Below, one piece after another: positions 11,731-19,477 of a DNA stretch of 64,000 nt. The position numbers were made by a program, and so were the translations under genes. Below the pieces are notes generated by a model that was not told where the DNA came from, did no database searches, and saw only the letters and a program-made list of their open reading frames with translations. Every line of letters starts with the position of its first letter. Positions within the stretch are counted from its first letter, which is position 1. Source of the DNA: Longimicrobiales bacterium (GTDB taxonomy: Bacteria; Gemmatimonadota; Gemmatimonadetes; Longimicrobiales; Gaopeijiaceae); the NCBI GenBank assembly GCA_965203485.1, contig OZ241892.1:3232001-3296000 (forward strand). Direction: 5' to 3'.

Positions 11731-12677
11731 GCCGCCACGGACTTTCGCGAACGCCGCACCGAGTCGACGTAGACCTCGTTCATCGGACCCCGGCCCTTCC
11801 ATCGCTCGAACACTTGGTCCCACGCGATCTCGCCCTCGTCGAAGAGCCAATGCTTGTCGCCGGGGTCGTACTGGCAAGGGAAGGGATAGTCCAGCACGTA
11901 CTCGTCCCGCGCCTCGTCGTAGTGGGCCGGGACCGACAGCCCCAGCTCCTCGCAGAGCGGCACCGTCGACGACATCCAGACTTGGCGCAGCTGGTCGTTG
12001 GTGAGCCCCTTGAGACGGTAGTCCAGCTGTCCGCTGTGGCGCTTGAGGTCGTCCGGCAAGCCGAACCACTCGATCGTCATCGGGAACATCCAGTCCACGC
12101 AACGCTGCAGCAGCTCGGTGGCGGCTCCGCCGGCCCGGGCCAGGCGGCGCATCCAGACTTCGCCGTGGCGCAGGTGGAACGTCTCCTCCATGTCCACCTT
12201 CACCAGCGCGCGCTTGAGAGGACCGTAGGAGGTGTTGCGATGCACGTCGCTCAACAGCGTGATGCCCGCGCGATCGAAGAACCCGTTGGCGACGACCAGC
12301 TCGGCCCAGTTGTCGAGCGGCTGGTCGAAGCCGTACGGATGCTTGAACTCGTGAGGCTCGCGCCCGTAGACCAGCCGCTCCTTGGAGACGCCCATGTCCT
12401 CCAGCAGGCGGTAGGCGATGTTCGCGTGGGCCAGCTCGTCCTGAATGATGGCGTGCGCGCTCACCTGCGTGTTGGTGGACGGAGCGTGGCGCGCCGCGAA
12501 CCAGTACGCCGGCGCGCTCATCAGCTCGGTGTCGGCTTGCACCGTCAACTGCACGACGATGGCTCTGCGGTATCCCGGCGTCATCTCGCCGGGGGACTCG
12601 AGGACGTGTCCGCCGCGGATCTTGGCCTTCAGGGCCTCTTCGGCAACCAGCTCGGCTTGGGTGTATTGGCGAGGCAT
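11718..12677 (-). CDS. paaA: PaaA-like di-iron ring epoxidase catalytic subunit (divergent)
   Basis: Di-iron ligand pattern QADTE, QDELAH, FFDRAG, EETFH. Confidence 0.82.
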   Translation of the reverse strand: MPRQYTQAELVAEEALKAKIRGGHVLESPGEMTPGYRRAIVVQLTVQADTELMSAPAYWFAARHAPSTNTQVSAHAIIQDELAHANIAYRLLEDMGVSKERLVYGREPHEFKHPYGFDQPLDNWAELVVANGFFDRAGITLLSDVHRNTSYGPLKRALVKVDMEETFHLRHGEVWMRRLARAGGAATELLQRCVDWMFPMTIEWFGLPDDLKRHSGQLDYRLKGLTNDQLRQVWMSSTVPLCEELGLSVPAHYDEARDEYVLDYPFPCQYDPGDKHWLFDEGEIAWDQVFERWKGRGPMNEVYVDSVRRSRKSVAAWLA

Positions 12678-12771
12678 GACTTTGTTCCCCCTAGCTGGCC
12701 CGAGCGCCCTCCATGCCGCGCCGGGCCGACGCCGAAAGCGCCGCCCAGCCGGACCGGGACGCTCCGGCCGG

Positions 12772-13071
12772 TCAAATCCCCAGACTGGACCGCATCAGCG
12801 GGCTGATCCGCTCGGGCGTCCAGGGAGGATCAAAGGTAAGCTCGACCTCCGCTTCTTCGACGCCTTCGACGCCTTCGACCGCGGCCTTCGCTTCTTCCAC
12901 GATCTGCCCGGCGGCCGGACACATCGGCGTGGTCAGCGTGATCGTGGCTTTGGCGCGCGCGCCATCCACTTCGATGCCGTAGACGAGGCCCAGCACCACC
13001 AAGTTCAGATTGAGCTCCGGGTCCTTGACGGCCTTGAGAGCGTCGCGAACGGCTTTCTCGGTTACGGGCAT
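12772..13071 (-). CDS. DUF59 (SufT-like) metal-sulfur cluster assembly factor
   Basis: VKDPELNLNLVVLGLVY, TLTTPMCP, FDPPWTPE. Confidence 0.9.
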   Translation of the reverse strand: MPVTEKAVRDALKAVKDPELNLNLVVLGLVYGIEVDGARAKATITLTTPMCPAAGQIVEEAKAAVEGVEGVEEAEVELTFDPPWTPERISPLMRSSLGI

Positions 13072-13088
13072 GGGATTTGCGGCGGCCT

Positions 13089-14075
13089 CTACGGCTCCAA
13101 GCGTTCGAGAGTGTCGATCGGTTGAAGGTTGGGGCGAAAGTCCATGTGGTAGGTCTCCAAGTCGATTCGGTAGAAGCCAACGTCGTGACGACCGTAGCCG
13201 GTCAAGTGCTGCCGCGTGACGAACTCGCCGGAGCGCACGCCAATCCGGCGGCGAAGGTATCTGCCCAGCTCGCTGTTGTCCATGGTCGTGTGAATGGCCT
13301 TGCCGTATTGCTGGGCAACCACGAGAATCAAACTCTGCCCGTCGTCGGTGAGCGCGGTGAAGCGACTGCCTATCGGCGGGAAGAAGGATCGATCCCGCAC
13401 GGGTTTGGGAATAGGAATGTACGCCTGGTTTGGATCTCGGCCATTCCGTTGTCCCCAGTTGAGCCCGGCCTTCAAGTGAGTATTGCCCTTCCGGTCGCCT
13501 TTCGTGGCCAGGAGAGGCAAGGTTGCAGCATCTTCGTAGGCGCCATCCTCAGGGGGCTTCGTGTTCATCAGTTTGACCGACGTTTCCACTCCCGCGTCCG
13601 TGCATGGGATGGATTGGTCGATCAAAGACGCATGGTGTTCCAATGTCGCATCGGGGTCGGCGTCCGCGACGGTCTCCCGCTGAGACGCCCCAAAACCAAG
13701 CATCGTGTAGTTGGCGGATCCGACGAACGCTCGAATCGGCATCCCCCTCTTCTTCCAAATGAATACTTTGGAGTGACAAGGATTTCCTCTTGTCAGATAG
13801 AAACAACTCACCGTTTCGGGGAATCGGCGAACAACGTCGCAAATGCCTTGATGTTGTGCGGCTTCGATGCCTGCCTGGACCATTCCTACGACGACCGTGA
13901 TCTTGGGCAATGTCGCTATGCGTCCTTCCGCCACGCCTTTCTGGAGAGCTTCAAGATGCTGTTCCAGCATGCTTGCGCTCACGTATCCAGAGACAACCAA
14001 GAGCTCGTCGGCTTCCTCGTTCGCCGCCGGGCGCATCAAGACTTCCCGAAAGAGTCCACCTCTCACGATTTGCAT
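13089..14075 (-). CDS. PLD-family restriction endonuclease (NgoFVII/CglI R-like)
   Basis: VSGY, HSKVFIW, GSANYT; C-terminal GLNWGQR..RDPNQAYIP..F...TDDG; overlaps the MTase gene. Confidence 0.85.
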   Translation of the reverse strand: MQIVRGGLFREVLMRPAANEEADELLVVSGYVSASMLEQHLEALQKGVAEGRIATLPKITVVVGMVQAGIEAAQHQGICDVVRRFPETVSCFYLTRGNPCHSKVFIWKKRGMPIRAFVGSANYTMLGFGASQRETVADADPDATLEHHASLIDQSIPCTDAGVETSVKLMNTKPPEDGAYEDAATLPLLATKGDRKGNTHLKAGLNWGQRNGRDPNQAYIPIPKPVRDRSFFPPIGSRFTALTDDGQSLILVVAQQYGKAIHTTMDNSELGRYLRRRIGVRSGEFVTRQHLTGYGRHDVGFYRIDLETYHMDFRPNLQPIDTLERLEP

Positions 14076-15148
14076 GGTGACACCTTTGCTTCTGTCAGGG
14101 TTCGCAGGACTGCTTCGAAGATGACTCGTGCCCCTCTCGGCGGAACGGCCATGCCGATCTGTCTCCGGACCGATTCCCTGCCACCGCAAAACACGAAAGA
14201 ATCGGGAAAGGTTTGCAAACGAGCGCGCTCGCGATTGGTGAGAGCACGGTCTTCCGACCAGTGGTAGACATGCGTGCCGCCGCCGCCGGAGCCCGTAACC
14301 GTGTACGAAGGCTGTTCCGGATCGAGTCGGCGATAGATCTGGCTAATGGTGGCGCCGCTGCGCATTCGGAGCCGCAACCGGGGAGGAAGATCGGCGGTAA
14401 AGGCGTTCTGGCCCGGCTTGATGTGCTTGAGTCGTTCGACGACTCGAGGATGCTGGGCCGTTCTCTGATGATTCTCGGCGTCGGCGGCGATCGGCGGCCG
14501 CTCCAGCGCGTCTCTGCACGACATGCGACGAGAAGACGCCTCCGGGGGACGGAACGCCAGTCCGAGCGACTTGCGAAAGCCTACGACGACAATGCGGTGT
14601 CTCCGTTGGGGAACACCATGCTCTTCGAACCGATACGTGCGAGAACACACGTCGTAGCCCGCGGATTCCAAGTCGTCCAGGATGATCTGATAATCTCGCT
14701 TCGCACCACTGCTTGCCAACCCGCTGACGTTCTCGGCGACGAAGAACAGGGGTTTGAAATGACGCAATGCGCGAACACCCCACTGGTACAATCCCCCGAA
14801 ACGGCCCGCGATGCCATTGCGCTCGCCAACGAGACTGAAGTCGTTGCACGGGAAACCAAACGCCAATCCATCAATAGGCGAAAGTGTGGCGAAATCAAGA
14901 TTTTCGACAGGACAATGCACGACGCCGTGGCGCGGAAATTCCACGTTTTGCTTCAAGGTGTCGCAGGCGTCGCCGTCGATGTCGTTCGCCCACGCGTGCA
15001 CGAAGCCAAAGCCGCCGTGGCGAGCCCGGGCAGCGCCTAGGGCCATGCCCCCGGCGCCGGCGAAAAGCTCGCCGAGTCGGTATTTTCGCTTGAGGACGGC
15101 AGGCGACGAGCGAAGACCGTCAAGTGGGATCATGGCCTGAACGGACAT
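14063..15148 (-). CDS. DNA (cytosine-5) methyltransferase
   Basis: ELFAGAGG, GFPCNDFS, ENV, PQRRHR, RERARLQTFPD, QIGMAVPP. Confidence 0.93.
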   Translation of the reverse strand: MSVQAMIPLDGLRSSPAVLKRKYRLGELFAGAGGMALGAARARHGGFGFVHAWANDIDGDACDTLKQNVEFPRHGVVHCPVENLDFATLSPIDGLAFGFPCNDFSLVGERNGIAGRFGGLYQWGVRALRHFKPLFFVAENVSGLASSGAKRDYQIILDDLESAGYDVCSRTYRFEEHGVPQRRHRIVVVGFRKSLGLAFRPPEASSRRMSCRDALERPPIAADAENHQRTAQHPRVVERLKHIKPGQNAFTADLPPRLRLRMRSGATISQIYRRLDPEQPSYTVTGSGGGGTHVYHWSEDRALTNRERARLQTFPDSFVFCGGRESVRRQIGMAVPPRGARVIFEAVLRTLTEAKVSPCKS

Positions 15149-15549
15149 CGTGTATCCCCCGATTCGGGGTTGCTCCGGGAACGGGCGCCCTCCCACCCCA
15201 CGGATCGTAACGGCCAGGGCGCAAGAGAACAAGAGGGGCGCCGTGTGCGTGGGCTCCTGTCGCTGTCGTTGCGGAGGAGACGAGCGCGCGGGGTGGCATT
15301 TCGACACGCGCGTTTAGCTGCCGGCGCGGCGCGGTCCATCATCGCTCCGACGGAGGCGGGGCCGGGAGGTCGCCGGGAACGCCGTGGGGTCGATTCGGTC
15401 GGCCTTGGCGTTCCAGGACGCCGAAGCGTAACTTGCGCCGGCGGCCATCGTGGTCCTCACAGGAGTTGTCGCTTGACCGAGGAAGCGCAATGCCGCATCC
15501 GGGACGGGGCTCGCAGATCGTGACGGAAGGACGCGGCCACGCGCGAAGC

Positions 15550-16629
15550 ATGCGAATCGCCATCAACACCGGCGGCGGAGACGCGCCGGGCCTCAACGCC
15601 GTATTGCGCGCCGCGGTGCTGGCGGCCGAGCGGCGGGGCTGGGACGTGGTGGGCATCGAACGGGGGTACGACGGCCTCTTCGCCGAGGGCGGCGTCGTGG
15701 AGCTCAACAGCGCGACGGTGAGCGGGATCACGCATGTGGGCGGAACGATCCTGGGCACGTCCAACCGGGGCAGTCCCTTCGCCTTTCCGGTCAAGCGCGG
15801 CGACGGGAGCGTCGAGGTCGTGGACCGCTCCGACGAGGTGGTCGAGCGCATGGACCGGCTCGGCATCGACTGCCTGATCGCGGTGGGCGGCGACGGGTCG
15901 TTGCGGATCGCGCGCGAGCTGGCCGAGAAGGGCCTCAAGGTCGTCGGCGTGCCCAAGACGATCGACAACGACCTCAACGCGACGGCGGTCACGTTCGGCT
16001 TCCACACGGCCGTGCAGACCGCGACGGACGCCATCGACAAGCTCCACTCGACGGCGGAGTCGCACCAGCGCGTCATGGTCGTGGAGCTCATGGGGCGCCA
16101 TGCGGGCTGGATTGCGCTCTTCGCGGGCTTCGCGGCCACGGCCGACGCCGTCCTCATCCCCGAAATCCCCTACGACTTGGCCAAGGTGGCCGAGAAGATC
16201 GCCGCGCGCTGGGCCGCCGGGCGCGAGTTCGCCATTATAGTTGTGGCCGAGGGCGCGATTCCCGTCGGCGGCGAGGCGTCGTACTTGGACGACACCGGGC
16301 CGGGACGCCCGCGAAGGCTCGGAGGAGCGGGCAAGCGGGTGGCCGAGGGCCTCGAGGCCCTCACCGGCAAGGAGACGCGCAGCCTCGTGCTGGGGCATCT
16401 GCAGCGCGGCGGGCGTCCGATCGCGTACGACCGCATCCTGTCGCTCCGCTTCGGAACGGCGGCGGTCGAGTTCGCGGAGCGCGGCCTCTTCGGGCGGCTC
16501 GTGGCGCTCGATCCGCCGGACATGCGAGCCGTGCCGCTGGCGGAGGCGGTGGAGAGGCTCAAGTCGGTTCCGCTCGACGGCGACATGGTGCGGGCCGCGA
16601 GGGCGATGGGAATTTCGTTCGGAGACTGA
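15550..16629 (+). CDS. pfkA: 6-phosphofructokinase (group III; GGDG/PKTIDND, probably ATP-dependent)
   Basis: TGGGDAPGLN, GGTILGT, GGDGS, PKTIDND, MGR, LGHLQRGG. Confidence 0.93.
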   Translation: MRIAINTGGGDAPGLNAVLRAAVLAAERRGWDVVGIERGYDGLFAEGGVVELNSATVSGITHVGGTILGTSNRGSPFAFPVKRGDGSVEVVDRSDEVVERMDRLGIDCLIAVGGDGSLRIARELAEKGLKVVGVPKTIDNDLNATAVTFGFHTAVQTATDAIDKLHSTAESHQRVMVVELMGRHAGWIALFAGFAATADAVLIPEIPYDLAKVAEKIAARWAAGREFAIIVVAEGAIPVGGEASYLDDTGPGRPRRLGGAGKRVAEGLEALTGKETRSLVLGHLQRGGRPIAYDRILSLRFGTAAVEFAERGLFGRLVALDPPDMRAVPLAEAVERLKSVPLDGDMVRAARAMGISFGD

Positions 16630-16633
16630 CCGG

Positions 16634-17476
16634 ATGACGTTGCCGGAATCGAGAGAAAGACGCCGGGCGTGGCTCCTGGCGGCGCCGGCGCTGGCCTGCG
16701 CGCTCGGGTCGGCGGCCCAGGAAGAGGAAGCGGAGCTGCTTCCCCCGGACTCGGCGGCGGCGCAGCAGCAGCTGGCGACGATCGAAGGTGAGGTGCTGGA
16801 CGCCGAGACGGCGTTGCCCTTGGCTGGAGCGATCGTCGTCGTTCCGGGGATCGGCCGCTACACGTTCAGCGACGAGCTGGGCTACTTCCGCTTCGACAGC
16901 GTCGCGCCGGGCGAGTACTTCGTGCGCGCGATCCGGATCGGCTACGAGACGCTCGAGGCGAACGTCCCGCTCTTGCCCGGCGAGATGCTCGTGGTGCACA
17001 TGTCGCCGGGCGCCATTCCGCTGGACGGCATCACGGTGACGGTGATCGGGCCGGACGAACTCGCATGGCGGACGGCCGGCGCCCAGATTGGACTGATCGG
17101 CCCGATCGAGATGGAAGAGCTCGCCGAACGCTACCTCACGCTCGACCAGGTGCTCAACTCGCGGCGGCTCTCGGGCGCGCGCTATCTCGTTTCGCGTGGA
17201 CTGGGCCAATCGGGGTGCCTGCGCTCCTCCCGCGGCCTCGACCGCAGCCGGCCGGCCCGTCCCCCGGGGCGTGGCGCGGTGCCCGGCTCGTCCGACTGCG
17301 CGGCGGTGGTGGTGGACGGCGTGCTCCTCAACCCCGAGAGCGCAGGCTGGGTCTACGAACTCGACCCGAGCGACATCTTCGCCATTCGCTTCCTCCACGG
17401 CACCGACGCCGGAGTGCGCTACGGACACACGGGAGGTACGGGCGTGCTCGTCGTGGAGACACGGGCGGGGCGGTAG
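16634..17476 (+). CDS. secreted carboxypeptidase-regulatory-like domain plus TonB plug-like domain
   Basis: Signal peptide; GEVLDAET..PLAGA..SDELGYF..RIGY; C-terminal VVVDG...IRFLHG...YG..G..GVLVVET. Confidence 0.75.
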   Translation: MTLPESRERRRAWLLAAPALACALGSAAQEEEAELLPPDSAAAQQQLATIEGEVLDAETALPLAGAIVVVPGIGRYTFSDELGYFRFDSVAPGEYFVRAIRIGYETLEANVPLLPGEMLVVHMSPGAIPLDGITVTVIGPDELAWRTAGAQIGLIGPIEMEELAERYLTLDQVLNSRRLSGARYLVSRGLGQSGCLRSSRGLDRSRPARPPGRGAVPGSSDCAAVVVDGVLLNPESAGWVYELDPSDIFAIRFLHGTDAGVRYGHTGGTGVLVVETRAGR

Positions 17477-17700
17477 CCTTCGGCGTCCGGCGGCGCAACT
17501 TTTCGTCGCCGGTTCTCGTCTTGATGGACCGACGACGGGGGCGCGCAGCGGACGTTCCGGGGTCGGCCGACCGGCTTGAGCGAGAAGTCGCGGACGGCAA
17601 CGGCCGGCGGAGGGAAGGCTCGGTCGGCGCCCCAGAGAACCAAGGCGAGGCCGCGCGGAAGCGGCCGCCGGCGGGCGCGAGCCCAAGGGGAGGCGGGGAC

Positions 17701-18486
17701 ATGATGACGGCGAGAGGCGTGGGGCGGTGGACGGTGCGGGGGTTGGCGTCGGCGGCGCTGGCGGTTCCGGTGGGGATGTCGGCGCAAGGCCGGTGCGAGC
17801 ATCGCGACGTGCAGGAGATGCGCGGCCCGGCGGCGGGCGAACTGCGGGTGGACGCGGGCGCGGGCAGTCTTGCGATCACGGGGCGCGAGGGTCTGGACGA
17901 GGTCCGCGTGACGGCGACGTTGTGCGCTTCGAGCCGGGAACGCTTGGCCGAACTGTCGGTCGGGCTGGACGGCGATCGGCTCGAGACGGACTATCCGGGC
18001 GGAAGCTGGATGGGCCGGGGATACGCCAGGATCGACTTGGAAGTGCAGGTGCCGCTCGGGACGGACGTGGACGTGGAGGACAGCTCCGGCAGCGTCGCGG
18101 TCTCGGACGTGGGCGCCGTGCGCATCGAGGACGGGTCGGGATCGATGCAGGTGCGCCGCGCTCGCTCGGTGGTCGTGGACGACGGGTCGGGCAGCCTCAG
18201 GATCGAGGACGTGGACGGCGACGTGGAGGTGGGCGACGGCTCTGGCAGCATGGAGATCAGCGACGTCGCGGGCGACGTGAGGGTGTCGGACGGCTCGGGC
18301 AGCATCGCGATTCGGTCAGTCGGCGGCTCGGTTCGCGTGGACGGCATGGGTTCGGGCGGCCTTGCGGTGCAGGACGTGGCGGGCGACCTGGTGGTCAAGG
18401 GCGGTCGCCGGGAGCGCATCCGCCATTCGAACGTGCGGGGCGAACTGGACCTGCCGCCGGCCCGGCGCAAGGGGCGCAAGGAATGA
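17701..18486 (+). CDS. DUF4097 / adhesin-like beta-repeat secreted protein
   Basis: Signal peptide; repeated V..DGSGS..I..V.G units. Confidence 0.8.
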   Translation: MMTARGVGRWTVRGLASAALAVPVGMSAQGRCEHRDVQEMRGPAAGELRVDAGAGSLAITGREGLDEVRVTATLCASSRERLAELSVGLDGDRLETDYPGGSWMGRGYARIDLEVQVPLGTDVDVEDSSGSVAVSDVGAVRIEDGSGSMQVRRARSVVVDDGSGSLRIEDVDGDVEVGDGSGSMEISDVAGDVRVSDGSGSIAIRSVGGSVRVDGMGSGGLAVQDVAGDLVVKGGRRERIRHSNVRGELDLPPARRKGRKE

Positions 18487-18493
18487 CGGGCGG

Positions 18494-19465
18494 CTAACGG
18501 GTGCGCGGTCCTTCGCTCCAGTACCCCACGATCTTGTAGACCAGCTTGGCTACGAGGAAATCGGGGGCGGCCAAGCCTGGAACGGGGGCGTGCTCGACCA
18601 CGTCCACGCCCGCCACGGACCGCTCGCCGAAGACGCGGCGGAGAAAGGCGAGCGTCTGTCGCCATCCGGCCCCGCCAGGCTCCGGAGCGCCCGTCGAGGG
18701 GACCAGCGACGGGTCCAAGAAGTCCACGTCGAAGGTCACGTAGACCGGGTCTCCCAGCGCCGCCAAGGCCATGTCCATCCAGGCGCGGTCGTCCATCTCC
18801 TCGGCCGTCACGACCGTCACGTCGTCGCGGCGCTGGGCCGCCCGCCATTCCTCGCGGCTGATTCCGCGGGCGCCGACCGACACCAGGTCGACCTGCCCGG
18901 CGATCCGGGCCATTGCGCAGGCGTGCGAAAACCGGCTGCCGTTGAACCGCTCGTGCAGGTCGAGGTGCGCGTCGAGCTGGAGAACCGAGAGGCGGCCCTC
19001 GCGCCTGCCCGCGTGGGCAAGGATCGCGGGAGGCGACACCGAGTGCTCGCCGCCCAGCATGAGGACGCGCTTGCCGCCCGCGGCTTCCAGCAGGCGCGAG
19101 AAGGCGTCTCGGAGGCTGGCCGCCGCGCCCTCGGCGTTGCCGCGCTCGAGTTCCAGGGCCGGGAACGTGTAGACGCCGTCGGCGGACGGGTCGCGGCCCA
19201 GCTCGTGGTCGAAGAGCTCCAGGTAGCGGGACGCGTCCAGAATCGCCCGCGGGCCGCGCCGCGTCGCCGTTCCCCAGCTGGCGGTGGTCTCGTAGGGGAC
19301 GGGCAATATCCACGTGGCGGCTCGGTCGTGGCGAGCGGCGGCGCCGTCCAGTCCCAAGAAGACTCGCGGCAACTCCCAGGGCAGGTCGTCCAGCCCGGGC
19401 GGAAGCGGGTGGTTCGTGTCCGCCCCGGACCGGCCCGCGGCTTCAGGATCTCGGCGGGACGGCAT
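18494..19465 (-). CDS. speB: agmatinase (ureohydrolase)
   Basis: GGEHS, DAHLD, FSHAC, FDVDFLDP, TGAPEPGG. Confidence 0.9.
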   Translation of the reverse strand: MPSRRDPEAAGRSGADTNHPLPPGLDDLPWELPRVFLGLDGAAARHDRAATWILPVPYETTASWGTATRRGPRAILDASRYLELFDHELGRDPSADGVYTFPALELERGNAEGAAASLRDAFSRLLEAAGGKRVLMLGGEHSVSPPAILAHAGRREGRLSVLQLDAHLDLHERFNGSRFSHACAMARIAGQVDLVSVGARGISREEWRAAQRRDDVTVVTAEEMDDRAWMDMALAALGDPVYVTFDVDFLDPSLVPSTGAPEPGGAGWRQTLAFLRRVFGERSVAGVDVVEHAPVPGLAAPDFLVAKLVYKIVGYWSEGPRTR

Positions 19466-19477
19466 CGCCGCGAAGAA

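Noticed and set aside
18070..18380. GACGGGTCGGG/GACGGCTCGGGC DNA repeats
   Set aside because: Explained by the DGSGS peptide repeats of the DUF4097-like protein
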